Source of the DNA: a virus
Taxonomy: Duplodnaviria; Heunggongvirae; Uroviricota; Caudoviricetes
Reading direction: 5' to 3' (one strand)
DNA length: 38,548 nucleotides
IMG/VR virus record: IMGVR_UViG_2718217885_000011
The notes beneath the pieces are model-generated. The model was not told where the DNA came from and searched no databases. It was given only the letters and a program-made list of their open reading frames with translations. Made by a program: the position numbers and the translations under genes. How positions within the stretch are numbered: the stretch's first letter is position 1; every line of letters starts with the position of its first letter. This document shows positions 10,739 through 19,463 of the stretch, one piece after another.

Positions 10739-11152
10739 ATGATGCCAGTTAGCTGTTACCTCTGCATTTTCTTAAACGTTGGTTTGGGAGAAGCGGCAAA
10801 ACGGGATGTGGGGACAGGGGAAAATCAGATACCGGACATGGCCTCTTTTGCCAGTGGTGATGGATGGATGAAATTACCCAACGGGAAAATCCTGCAATAT
10901 GGTCGTGGTGCGGTTACGCCGACATTATCGACGCAAACAATGAGAATTACATTCAGCATCCCTTTCCCCAAAAAAGCGGACTGCGCCATGCTTACTCATT
11001 CTGGTGATGGCGGTGCGCCTTTAGGCGCTGGGCGAGGGTTCGTGATGACTGCAGAAGGCCCAACGTTAACCGGCTTTAATTCTGCTTACAGAACGTCATC
11101 AACCAGCGACACGGTATCGATGAATTACAGTTGGTGGGCTGTTGGTGAGTAA
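10739..11152 (+). CDS. alternative tail-fibre C-terminal segment (Sv'-like), silent in current orientation
   Basis: 137-aa ORF inside the invertible segment, opposite orientation to H, Gly/Thr/Ser-rich receptor-tip-like sequence. Confidence 0.55.
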   Translation: MMPVSCYLCIFLNVGLGEAAKRDVGTGENQIPDMASFASGDGWMKLPNGKILQYGRGAVTPTLSTQTMRITFSIPFPKKADCAMLTHSGDGGAPLGAGRGFVMTAEGPTLTGFNSAYRTSSTSDTVSMNYSWWAVGE

Positions 11153-11163
11153 TTTTATTCAGG

Positions 11164-11616
11164 GTGATTTATATGAACGAATATGTTTATAGCGCAAGGC
11201 ATAATGCTTTTTTCCCTGTGGATATGATTGATAAATATAAATCAGAGGGATGGGATTTATCAGACGCTAAGGAAGTAAATCAAAATATTATCAGTGAGTT
11301 TATGGCTGAACCGCCACAAGGAAAAATCCGTATTGCCGGAGATGATGGGCTGCCTGCGTGGGCAGATATTCCTCCACCCACGCATGAAGAACTTATTGAA
11401 ATTACAGAATCAGAAAGACAGCTACTAATTAACCAGGCCAACGAATACATGAACAGTAAGCAATGGCCCGGTAAAGCCGCTATTGGTCGTCTGAAAGATG
11501 ATGAACTGGCGCAATATAATTTGTGGCTGGATTATCTGGACGCACTGGAACTGGTTGATACCTCCAGTGCTCCAGATATTGAATGGCCTACGCCTCCGGC
11601 AGTTCAGGCCAGATGA
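11164..11616 (+). CDS. tail fibre assembly protein (alternative copy, tfa')
   Basis: 150-aa ORF; C-terminal SSAPDIEWPTPP motif shared with the opposed tfa copy (TSTAPDVIWPELP). Confidence 0.8.
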   Translation: MIYMNEYVYSARHNAFFPVDMIDKYKSEGWDLSDAKEVNQNIISEFMAEPPQGKIRIAGDDGLPAWADIPPPTHEELIEITESERQLLINQANEYMNSKQWPGKAAIGRLKDDELAQYNLWLDYLDALELVDTSSAPDIEWPTPPAVQAR

Positions 11617-12190
11617 CATCCGGCGCGGTGCTGGTATCTGTTGCCGTCACCGCGTCAATGTAATCCAGCACGGCGTTAAGTCGGGTTGTTTCTGCCTGCG
11701 TCAACTTCCGTCCGGCCTGTAATTTCAGCTGAATCAGACTAATGGAAACCATTGCTGCATCAATCAGTGACTGGCGCTGTGCTTCTGCCGCTTCTACTGC
11801 GGCGCTATGCTGTGCCTCAGTATCCGTCACCCATTTCTCACCATCCCATTTATCATATGGCGTTAACGGGGCGATAGTGGTTGTATTTTCAGGGTAATCA
11901 CCCGGAGCTGTGATTTCTTTGGCGTCTCCCGTTTCGGTGTTATAGACGATTTCACCGCGATGGTCTGACACATATTCCCATGATTTTAAATCCACAGAAC
12001 GGCAAATTGTATAACCAGCTTTATGTGTAACTGGTGCATCTAAACAAGAACATGCCGGGATACCGACGCCAACCGCAAGATATTCAGTTGATGTGGAAAT
12101 ATATTCCCGCGTTTCACCATCATAGTTATAAACGGTAATATCCCCTGCCTTTGTAGCAACAAGTCCACTATTTAATATTGCTTTATCCAT
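11588..12190 (-). CDS. tail fibre assembly protein (Tfa/G-like), active orientation
   Basis: 200-aa ORF; start ATG overlaps stop of the tail-fibre C-terminal reading frame (TAATG). Confidence 0.85.
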   Translation of the reverse strand: MDKAILNSGLVATKAGDITVYNYDGETREYISTSTEYLAVGVGIPACSCLDAPVTHKAGYTICRSVDLKSWEYVSDHRGEIVYNTETGDAKEITAPGDYPENTTTIAPLTPYDKWDGEKWVTDTEAQHSAAVEAAEAQRQSLIDAAMVSISLIQLKLQAGRKLTQAETTRLNAVLDYIDAVTATDTSTAPDVIWPELPEA

Positions 12191-12468
12191 TATGCTGCTC
12201 TCACGATATAGTTAAATGCAATGCTTCTTGGTCTGTTCTCTGAGGCAGTTGGCACTACTCTTGAAGCATCAAAATTGACTAAATGAGGATTGTTTGGGGT
12301 ATTTGGAATGATTGTGGTGTTACCTATCGTATTACGAAGTGCTGATTGACTTACAAAAACACCACTCGCTGTATTAAAGCTAATAGCCGCATTAGCTTCG
12401 GTTTGTCCATTACCAAATGTGCCGGTTATATTACGAATAGCATCCCCCTGAGCAGACAGAATTTCGCG
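12190..12468 (-). other. tail-fibre C-terminal coding segment, out of frame with the H ORF
   Basis: frame +1 relative to H encodes REILSAQGDAIRNITGTFGN...ENRPRSIAFNYIVRAA (conserved Mu/P1/e14-type fibre C-terminus) and ends TAA overlapping the tfa ATG. Confidence 0.6.
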
Positions 12469-13727
12469 CCCGCGTCAATACCGCGCCCGTCATCCCAACC
12501 ACGAATAAACTCACCACGTAAATCAGGCAATTTATTTGTCGGATAAGCCTTTGCCAGTTCCGGATATTCTTCAGCAGAAAAAACCGCACCGTTGCATTTC
12601 AGCCAGCCTGTTGGCGGAGTGGCGGAAGGCCACGGAACAGGGACACCAACAGGTAATGCAGAGCCTTCTCCCAAACCAAGGTATGCGAGAAGACCAGCTA
12701 CATCCTTTCCACTCAAATTGGTAAGCGTATTGTCCAGCGGTTGTTTACCTGCCAGCGCATTAAGCATTGTCGTGGCAAAGTTCGGATCATTCCCCAGTGC
12801 CGCCGCCAGTTCGTTCAGTGTATCCAGTGCAGCAGGTGCAGAACCCACCATTCCTGCAATCGCCGATTTCACAAAAGCCGTAGTGGCAATCTGTGTATTG
12901 TTGACCGACTGCGCCGCCGTGGGGGCTGTTGGCGTTCCGGTGAGTGCCGGACTCGACAACGGTGCTTTTAGTGCCAGCGCATTGTTAATGGTGGTACTGA
13001 AATTCGGATCATTGTTAATGGCTGCGGCTATTTCTTTCAGCGTGTCCAGCGTGGCTGGTGCACCATTAATAAGGGCCGTCAGTGCCGCCTGTACAAACGC
13101 AGTGGTCGCAACCTGCGTGGTATTATTCCCCGCCGCTGGCGTTGGCGCTTTGGGGGTTCCGATAAATGTCGGGCTGGCTTTTGGCGCGTACTGTGAATGC
13201 GGGTCCGGTGCGGCAAGATGTTTTGCCATCTGATCATCCGCGTACACCTTCAGCTCCAGTGCCTTGTCATCCACATACTTGCGGGTTGCCAGCACTACAG
13301 CAGGGTCGATTTTCAGGGTGATATTGTCCGTGCTGCTGGTAATCAGCACCATGCGCACGGTCTGAGTGCGCCCGCTACCTTCAGCCAGTTGCGGCTTATA
13401 GCTTTCCGGGCAGTTGCCCACGGCAATCAATGCCCCGGACTCATCAAACAAGCCCACTTCACGTATCCACCAACCGCCCTCGTTTTCAGGGATCACCTGT
13501 TCGGCAATAATCTGGCTGCTGTTCTGCGGGTCGATATAAAGCATATTCAGCGCAGCCCGGCGTTTCTCATTTACCAGTGCCGTCTGCTTTGCGTCCGGCG
13601 TTGGCAATACTCCACCGCCATCGCCCACCGCCATATGGGTAATTTTTAGCGGCACACCGAGCGCGGCGGCGCTGGCAAGTTTCGCCGCGCCAATATCCGT
13701 CAGCAGGGTATAAAATTTTGTGCTCAT
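12426..13727 (-). CDS. tail fibre protein H (N-terminal and shaft part; ORF terminates prematurely, see findings)
   Basis: 433-aa ORF with P2 H-like N-terminus and internal NDPNF-containing repeats; ends ...GRGIDAGAKFCLLRGMLFVI*. Confidence 0.85.
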   Translation of the reverse strand: MSTKFYTLLTDIGAAKLASAAALGVPLKITHMAVGDGGGVLPTPDAKQTALVNEKRRAALNMLYIDPQNSSQIIAEQVIPENEGGWWIREVGLFDESGALIAVGNCPESYKPQLAEGSGRTQTVRMVLITSSTDNITLKIDPAVVLATRKYVDDKALELKVYADDQMAKHLAAPDPHSQYAPKASPTFIGTPKAPTPAAGNNTTQVATTAFVQAALTALINGAPATLDTLKEIAAAINNDPNFSTTINNALALKAPLSSPALTGTPTAPTAAQSVNNTQIATTAFVKSAIAGMVGSAPAALDTLNELAAALGNDPNFATTMLNALAGKQPLDNTLTNLSGKDVAGLLAYLGLGEGSALPVGVPVPWPSATPPTGWLKCNGAVFSAEEYPELAKAYPTNKLPDLRGEFIRGWDDGRGIDAGAKFCLLRGMLFVI

Positions 13728-14329
13728 GGATTCACTCTCATTGTGTCAATAACATGGACCGCCCCGCCTTCATGCGCGGTGCCACCGGAAATAATCGTTT
13801 CGTTGATATACGGATAGATCGTGATTTCTTCGCCAAGATAGCTGGCGGCTCCCACCCAATGCGGGCCGCTGGTCTGCAGATTGATGGACATGCCGATCAT
13901 GTGGCGGCTACATGGTTTGGCATCGCTTATCAGTCGCTCAAGTTCCAGATAGGTATCTTCAGTGATGCCCTGGTCCTGCACGCCGATATCCAGGCGAAAC
14001 GTGCCCGGTGTTTCTCCGGTCTGCCACCACTCAATAATGCGGATCAGGAATCCGAACGGTTCCACCACCCGCCGCACGGCACTGGTGGTTCCTTTATGCT
14101 GATGAATATAAAAAGCATCCTTCACTACCTGGCGTTTGACGCTTTCTGTCCAGCCCTCGTCCCAGCGATCCACAGAGAACGCCCAGGCGAGATAAGGCAG
14201 GAAGCTGACCGGACAGGTAGCCGGATTCCACAAGTCACGCAGCGGCACCTGCAAATCAGAAATCCCGCTACAGGTTTGCGCCAGTCGGCGCTCCAGTGAA
14301 GTTGAACCCGGTGGCAGCAGACTATTCAT
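13724..14329 (-). CDS. baseplate protein I
   Basis: 201-aa ORF, P2 gpI-like (LWNPxTCP...LAWAFSVDRWDE). Confidence 0.85.
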   Translation of the reverse strand: MNSLLPPGSTSLERRLAQTCSGISDLQVPLRDLWNPATCPVSFLPYLAWAFSVDRWDEGWTESVKRQVVKDAFYIHQHKGTTSAVRRVVEPFGFLIRIIEWWQTGETPGTFRLDIGVQDQGITEDTYLELERLISDAKPCSRHMIGMSINLQTSGPHWVGAASYLGEEITIYPYINETIISGGTAHEGGAVHVIDTMRVNP

Positions 14330-15230
14330 CCGTTCCTCCGTTGGTTACGCTCCACTGCGTACATGATGCCGCCTGTGTTTTGTTCAGGACCACATCCGCC
14401 AGCGGAGAAGCCAGTTCCACACGTTGAACACCCTCAACATGCAGAGCAGCAAAGATGGCGCTACGGCGAATATCCCGACCAAGCCTCGTCTGGCTGGCAA
14501 TGTACTTCTGCAGACTGGCTTTTGCCGCTGCCATTACCGGCTCTGCTTCCGGTCCCGGATAGAGAAAAATGGTGGCTTCCACGCGATACGGGATGATTTC
14601 TGCGCTGCGAACCGTAAGACGGTCAGCCACCGGGCGGACGTTCTCACTGTTCAGAGCTTTTTCCACCACGTCCAGCAGGTCTTTTTCTGCAGTTCCATCG
14701 CCTTCGCGGCTAAGGACAGTCAGCACCACCTCTGCAGGTGCCGGGCTGGTTGCACTGGCATCCGCCACCCGACCGTCGGCGCTTCGGGCATGAAATTCAT
14801 AAGCTGCAGTTGGCCCCGCAACAGAAAGCCCTTCAAAGGCTGCTGGCACACGCAGGCGCAACGCTTCATCGCTTTCCATCACAGCTGCAACGGGCGGCAC
14901 AGCATCATTATCAGCAGGCGTCACCGTCAGGCGTGTCACGTTGTAGTTGGCAGCGAGCTGGTCAAGATCGCCGCCCATCGCGTAAGCCACCATCACCGCC
15001 TGCGCGGCTTCGTTAATACGCTGGCGCAGAAGCAACTCACGGTAAGCGTTCTCCTGCAACAATTTAGTGGCGGGTTCAGATTCCAGTTCCAGCGTGCGGA
15101 TCACTGCTTCCTGCTCATCTTTCGGATGAAGCGCCACAAATTCGGCCTTGCGTTCGGCAAGCAGCGTCTCAAAGTCCGGCACATCCACAATCTGCGGTGC
15201 AGGCAACTGCGAAAGGTCAATCACTGCCAT
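14322..15230 (-). CDS. baseplate assembly protein J
   Basis: ~302 aa from internal Met (MAVIDLSQLP); ORF track extends to 15269. Confidence 0.85.
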   Translation of the reverse strand: MAVIDLSQLPAPQIVDVPDFETLLAERKAEFVALHPKDEQEAVIRTLELESEPATKLLQENAYRELLLRQRINEAAQAVMVAYAMGGDLDQLAANYNVTRLTVTPADNDAVPPVAAVMESDEALRLRVPAAFEGLSVAGPTAAYEFHARSADGRVADASATSPAPAEVVLTVLSREGDGTAEKDLLDVVEKALNSENVRPVADRLTVRSAEIIPYRVEATIFLYPGPEAEPVMAAAKASLQKYIASQTRLGRDIRRSAIFAALHVEGVQRVELASPLADVVLNKTQAASCTQWSVTNGGTDE

Positions 15231-15576
15231 TCTCTGCTCCTGTTGATACGGAAAGGGACACAGGCACACCGTTATTCCGCCGCCCGGTCAGCTCCACCAC
15301 CATTGAACCGTCAAAATTGCTGTTGATGGTGATGGAATCCAGCGTCAACCGTGGCTCCCAGCGACTCAGCGCCACATACACTGCCGACATGACCTGCAGG
15401 CGTAATGCCGGATTTTGTGGCTGATCTATCAGTGCCGACAGCAGGGAACCATATTCCCGGCGGGCAATACGGCTACCCTGCGGTGTCAGCAGAATGTCCC
15501 GCACCGACTGGCGCAGATGATCAATATCAGTAATGACTTTGCCGCTGGTATTGTTCATCCCGCTATAAAGCGTCAT
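15217..15576 (-). CDS. baseplate protein W (GPW/gp25 family)
   Basis: 119-aa ORF, P2 W position and size. Confidence 0.85.
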   Translation of the reverse strand: MTLYSGMNNTSGKVITDIDHLRQSVRDILLTPQGSRIARREYGSLLSALIDQPQNPALRLQVMSAVYVALSRWEPRLTLDSITINSNFDGSMVVELTGRRNNGVPVSLSVSTGAENGSD

Positions 15577-16151
15577 ACCGGGCCTCCGGTTGTATCGCCG
15601 CCTTTCAGGACGCCAGTATGCTGATGCGCATCAACCACGATCCCGTTAGAACTCATCGCTCCGCCGCCCTGGGTAACGCCACCATTGATCACCACTTCGC
15701 TGTTAATGCGCGTGCGGTCAGCCTCCAGTACAAACTCACTGGTTTTCATGGTGATGTTGTCAGCAGCCTCAATGACCATTGATTTGATGCCCCTGACATA
15801 CCAGCGCCCGGTGGCGGGTTCGTATTCAAACCAGCCACCGTCAGGATGTTCTGTCACGCAGGCGTCCGCCGACGTCGACGGTGGTGCGAACTGATTCGAA
15901 TAGACAGCGGGCAGCGCAAAGGCGGTTTCCAGATTGCCGCCCAGACTCAGCAGCACCACCTGCTCACCTTCCGATGGTCGCCACCATGTACGGGCATTCC
16001 CGGCACGCAGCGTCAGCCAGCTGATCCAGTTGGTTTCAAGCTCGCCCGTTTTCACCCGGCAAAGCCAGTTTTCCCTGTCCACTTCGGTGACTACCCCTGT
16101 GCGGATCAGGTTGGTGATAAGGCGCATGATTTCGGTTAATTGTGCGTTCAT
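15573..16151 (-). CDS. baseplate spike protein V
   Basis: 192-aa ORF, N-terminus resembles P2 V. Confidence 0.85.
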   Translation of the reverse strand: MNAQLTEIMRLITNLIRTGVVTEVDRENWLCRVKTGELETNWISWLTLRAGNARTWWRPSEGEQVVLLSLGGNLETAFALPAVYSNQFAPPSTSADACVTEHPDGGWFEYEPATGRWYVRGIKSMVIEAADNITMKTSEFVLEADRTRINSEVVINGGVTQGGGAMSSNGIVVDAHQHTGVLKGGDTTGGPV

Positions 16152-16197
16152 AGGGAAAGGTTGCCATCAGGGGAAGAAAGGCGGCAGTGCTGCAACT

Positions 16198-16215
16198 TGT
16201 ATCAGTGCTGATACA
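16198..16215. promoter_or_regulatory. candidate Ogr-dependent late promoter element upstream of V
   Basis: perfect palindrome TGTATCAG-TG-CTGATACA (TGT-N12-ACA) in the S-V intergenic region. Confidence 0.45.
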
Positions 16216-16219
16216 AAGA

Positions 16220-16666
16220 TCACCCCGCCAGCCATTGCAGAATCATGTCGCGGGTCATTGCCTCAACATCATCATTTACACCCAGCAGGCGGCGCTCTGC
16301 GTAACGGACCTCCGGTCCTTTGCGACTGACGCGATCACGCAGGCCGTAATGGTGAACACGGGCAATACGCTGCACCTTGCCTTCAAACTGTACGCTGGCA
16401 GAGTCGGCGCTGGCGGCAGTTTTCAGGTATTTTGTGGTGCGCAACTTTGCAAACATCTGACGTTTGATGCGGCCTTTTTTGCTGCGTGCTGTTACCCTGC
16501 GCGGTTCATAACTGCTGCCATCTGGATTGCGCTGCATCCTGATATTCTGCTGCTGTGTCCGGCGCAGTTCCTGCGCCAGCTGGCGCATCATGCGGCTTCT
16601 CGTGGCTGGTTCCAGATTCGCCAGCAAGGCACTCAGCCAGTCGTCCACCTTCTGCAGTTCAGCCAC
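16220..16666 (-). CDS. tail completion protein S
   Basis: 148-aa ORF, P2 S position. Confidence 0.85.
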   Translation of the reverse strand: MAELQKVDDWLSALLANLEPATRSRMMRQLAQELRRTQQQNIRMQRNPDGSSYEPRRVTARSKKGRIKRQMFAKLRTTKYLKTAASADSASVQFEGKVQRIARVHHYGLRDRVSRKGPEVRYAERRLLGVNDDVEAMTRDMILQWLAG

Positions 16667-17111
16667 GTTTCACCGTCCACATTTCTTCAGGTTCATCGGG
16701 TTCTGCTACAGCTTCAACGCTCGACACACTGCCGTCAGTACTGACCAGCACACGTTCCGTCAATTGCAGGTTAAGGCTGATATCACAGACATCGTTGCGC
16801 AAAATATCCACCTCAAAGGTGAATAGCTTTTCCCGTAACGCCGGGTTATTGATGGCATCGGGCTGGTTATCCCGAAGCCACAGTAAAACCGGGGCCATCA
16901 GCAGATTCTGGTCGCCGCTGAAATCCTCTATCACCACGTTCAGGGTATAGCGGTACTCCCATGACATGGAGCTGGCCCCCGTGGCAACCAGCGAACCGTT
17001 ATCCACAAACAGATGCAGTTTGTCCGGGTTATTGCGGACATAAGGCACCGCTTTATTGAGGGCGTGGCGCAGGGATTGTGGTTTGTTCACTGTTTCGCTC
17101 CTGACACGCAA
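16659..17111 (-). CDS. tail completion protein R
   Basis: 150-aa ORF, P2 R position. Confidence 0.85.
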   Translation of the reverse strand: MRVRSETVNKPQSLRHALNKAVPYVRNNPDKLHLFVDNGSLVATGASSMSWEYRYTLNVVIEDFSGDQNLLMAPVLLWLRDNQPDAINNPALREKLFTFEVDILRNDVCDISLNLQLTERVLVSTDGSVSSVEAVAEPDEPEEMWTVKRG

Positions 17112-17343
17112 TAATCATGTCCACTTTGTCTGCACAGACCGCCCAGGCGGCCTCCGTTTCATCCAGCAACGCATTCAGATCACCGTTAGTGCGCGGTGCT
17201 GCCTGCTCCAGCCGACACGGCGTCACTCGCGGACAACCACTGACGGTAAGCTGCACCTCCGGTGAGTGCCGGACGTTCCCGCAGCCGGATAATGTCAGCA
17301 GGCAAAGGAGTATCAGCCCAGTGGCGTAAATCCTCGTTCTCAC
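17053..17343 (-). CDS. LysC / Rz1-like outer-membrane spanin (lipoprotein), embedded in lysB in another frame
   Basis: signal peptide with lipobox LTLSGC; ORF nested out of frame in the 3' part of lysB, as for Rz/Rz1. Confidence 0.6.
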   Translation of the reverse strand: MRTRIYATGLILLCLLTLSGCGNVRHSPEVQLTVSGCPRVTPCRLEQAAPRTNGDLNALLDETEAAWAVCADKVDMIIACQERNSEQTTIPAPRPQ

Positions 17344-17614
17344 GTTTCAGTTCCTCGATCCGGCGTTGTCGTTGTCTCAGCTGTGCGCTGGTCTGTTCTG
17401 CTTCGGCATAGAGCCGCGCCTGCTCCCGGTTATTGGTTTCAGTCAGAATGGACAGGCTGATAAGCTGGCTGTTGCTCTTTGCCAGTGCCTGGCTTTTGCT
17501 CTGCAGCTCGTTTGCCTGCGTGCTGATGGTCTGGCTGGCATCAGCCAGCCGCCACGTCTGCCAGCCCAGCGCCGCCAGTAATAACGCCAGCACAACCAGC
17601 AGCAACCGGTTCAT
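17186..17614 (-). CDS. LysB / Rz-like inner-membrane spanin
   Basis: 142-aa ORF with N-terminal TM helix and coiled-coil. Confidence 0.75.
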   Translation of the reverse strand: MNRLLLVVLALLLAALGWQTWRLADASQTISTQANELQSKSQALAKSNSQLISLSILTETNNREQARLYAEAEQTSAQLRQRQRRIEELKRENEDLRHWADTPLPADIIRLRERPALTGGAAYRQWLSASDAVSAGAGSTAH

Positions 17615-17988
17615 GCTGCTACCTGTTGCGCCATCTGATTACGGGTGATCCAGAAGGCAATAACGGTCAGCAGATAAAAGACCAGGGTAATAGCCCACCC
17701 CGTCCATGCGAGACTTACAACAATCAGCAATCGCATCACCCAACAGATAAATACATTTTCTTTTCGGGTAATTGTCTTCAGCAAAGATGCCCTTAACTCC
17801 TGCCAGAGCGGGCCATTCTGAATTAACGCAGCCAGTGCTACCGGAATTACCGCCCATGTCAGCAAACAGGCTACCCAAACGCCGGACGCTGCCAGTACCG
17901 GAAAGATCCCCTGCGGATACATCATTGCTGCGATTAACAGCGCCATCCATAACATCAGAAACAGTCCGCTGATTAATTTCTTTTTCAT
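17611..17988 (-). CDS. LysA-like lysis-timing membrane protein
   Basis: multi-TM ORF after endolysin; probable start at MKKKLISG; ORF track extends to 18060. Confidence 0.7.
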   Translation of the reverse strand: MKKKLISGLFLMLWMALLIAAMMYPQGIFPVLAASGVWVACLLTWAVIPVALAALIQNGPLWQELRASLLKTITRKENVFICWVMRLLIVVSLAWTGWAITLVFYLLTVIAFWITRNQMAQQVAA

Positions 17989-17989
17989 T

Positions 17990-18463
17990 TCAGTTTGCTC
18001 CCTGTAAACACCAGGCCATCTCCCGCGCACGGCGGTTATCCAGCCCCTGATTAAACACACCTTTTACATAAACCCAGCGCGGCAACTGTCGGCACGCATC
18101 CGCCCAGCGCCGCTGATTGAGCAATTTCACCAGCGTGGAACTACAGGCATTGCCCGTTCCCACGTTGAAGGCAAACGACACCGTAGCGTCATACACCTTC
18201 TGTGGTGGCTGTTGCTTCACACACCTTTCCAGCGCCCGCTCCACACGCAGCACGTTGGAGATCAGCCCTTCTGCTGCCTGTCGTTCCGTGATTGTTTTGC
18301 CGGGAATGACGCCCGATGTATTACCAATGCCGTCGGTCCAGACACCCGCGCTGCACTGATACGGCTGCAGACGACAGCCTTCGTAATCGGCAATCAGTTT
18401 CAGCCCCTCCACGGAGGTGTGAAGCTGCTGAAAACCCGGCAGCGTGGCAGCAATAGCCAGCAC
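17990..18463 (-). CDS. endolysin K (phage lysozyme, glycoside hydrolase family 24)
   Basis: E-x8-D-x5-T catalytic pattern (YEGCRLQPYQCSAGVWTDGIGNT) and FNVGTGN / RR motifs of P21 R-type lysozymes; GTG start. Confidence 0.85.
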   Translation of the reverse strand: MLAIAATLPGFQQLHTSVEGLKLIADYEGCRLQPYQCSAGVWTDGIGNTSGVIPGKTITERQAAEGLISNVLRVERALERCVKQQPPQKVYDATVSFAFNVGTGNACSSTLVKLLNQRRWADACRQLPRWVYVKGVFNQGLDNRRAREMAWCLQGAN

Positions 18464-18481
18464 GGCCCGACAAGGCAGCGT

Positions 18482-18697
18482 TTAACGATTGATGGATTCA
18501 TAGTCCTCCCGCGAGATCTGCCCGTCGCGCAGAAGCTGGTAGGCTTTGTGTTTGTAGTACCAGTTGATAGCCAGCATCAGCACACCAATCATCAGGCCGC
18601 CCAGCGTTGAGGCATCCTTGATGGACAAATCGCCCAGCCAGGCCAGCACGACGGCGATGCAATACGTGATAAAGGCGCTGATTCGCTCAAGCGTCAT
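18482..18697 (-). CDS. holin
   Basis: 71-aa ORF with two hydrophobic helices and charged C-terminus, immediately upstream of endolysin. Confidence 0.75.
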   Translation of the reverse strand: MTLERISAFITYCIAVVLAWLGDLSIKDASTLGGLMIGVLMLAINWYYKHKAYQLLRDGQISREDYESINR

Positions 18698-18700
18698 AAT

Positions 18701-18904
18701 TCAGTCCCATAGCTGGACGGTCTGCACGGTGGTGGTGGTCGGTATGTCCGGCAGCTCCACCTGCAGCCCGTGAGGTAAAAAGGGGCCGTATTCGGCAAGC
18801 CCCGGATTTGCCTTCAGTACCTGCTCCGTGACACCCTGCGTGCGCCCGTAATGACGCCAGCAAAGCGCGTCCACCGTGTCATACTGATACGCACGCACTT
18901 TCAT
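18701..18904 (-). CDS. tail protein X
   Basis: 67-aa ORF, P2 X position and size. Confidence 0.8.
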   Translation of the reverse strand: MKVRAYQYDTVDALCWRHYGRTQGVTEQVLKANPGLAEYGPFLPHGLQVELPDIPTTTTVQTVQLWD

Positions 18905-19431
18905 CAGATAAGCTCCACTGTGCAGTGCGGCGCATCCTGCACCCGGCTGATGGCCCAGCGGGCGTCACGCCACAAATCACCGCTGGCTTCCGCCAGTTCT
19001 TCGCCTCGCTTCACACCGGATGCCGTGGCGTCATAGTCCTGGTATCGTTCGTTGAGCATGGCGCGTGCCCAGCAGTAAACCGCGTTGAAATAGTGCTGAA
19101 TGCGCTCACTTTTCCCGTCCAGCTGTTCCGCCGGAACCTCTGCCAGCGAGGCATACCCCAGCATCTGCTGGCGTCTGCGAAACTCATACAGCTCTGCGTT
19201 GACCTCCGAAATTGCCGACAGGGCAACCTGCTTTAAACGCGGCTGCGTCACCGTGCCGTCAGTGCGCATGACACTGCGAAACTCCGACAGGTCCACATCA
19301 GGCCAGAACGGCGTATTTCTGATGATTTCCGCCTGTTCCGGTGCCTGTTCTGGCGCAACAAACTTCATGCTGCTTTCTCCTGAAATAGAGGGCGGTGGAC
19401 GGGGTTTTGATGAGGCTGTGCCTTTCGCCAC
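18904..19431 (-). CDS. head completion/stabilisation protein L
   Basis: 175-aa ORF, P2 L position. Confidence 0.85.
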   Translation of the reverse strand: MAKGTASSKPRPPPSISGESSMKFVAPEQAPEQAEIIRNTPFWPDVDLSEFRSVMRTDGTVTQPRLKQVALSAISEVNAELYEFRRRQQMLGYASLAEVPAEQLDGKSERIQHYFNAVYCWARAMLNERYQDYDATASGVKRGEELAEASGDLWRDARWAISRVQDAPHCTVELI

Positions 19432-19463
19432 CCCGTGCCGCCCGTGCGCGGGGGCACGTTCTG

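Larger units (their letters stand above)
10740..12480. mobile_element. invertible tail-fibre segment (G/P-segment-like): two opposed sets of tail-fibre C-terminus plus tail-fibre assembly gene
   Basis: opposed ORF pairs (Sv'+tfa' on +, tfa+Sv on -) directly adjacent to an invertase; imperfect inverted similarity (cgttggtttggga vs cgtggttgggatga) near both boundaries. Confidence 0.6.

Noticed and set aside
12700-13100. Internal tandem repeats in H (two ~45-aa units each containing NDPNF)
   Set aside because: Shaft repeats are a normal feature of tail fibres; recorded but not considered a separate element.
12592-13649. Plus-strand ORFs 12592..13233 (213 aa) and 13197..13649 (150 aa)
   Set aside because: Antisense to tail-fibre gene H; Ala/Gly/Ser-rich mirror of the fibre repeats.
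14363-15326. Plus-strand ORFs 14424..15326 (300 aa), 14569..14793 and 14738..15016
   Set aside because: Antisense to baseplate genes J and W; Arg/Cys/His-rich composition, no start context; the minus-strand genes are syntenic with P2.
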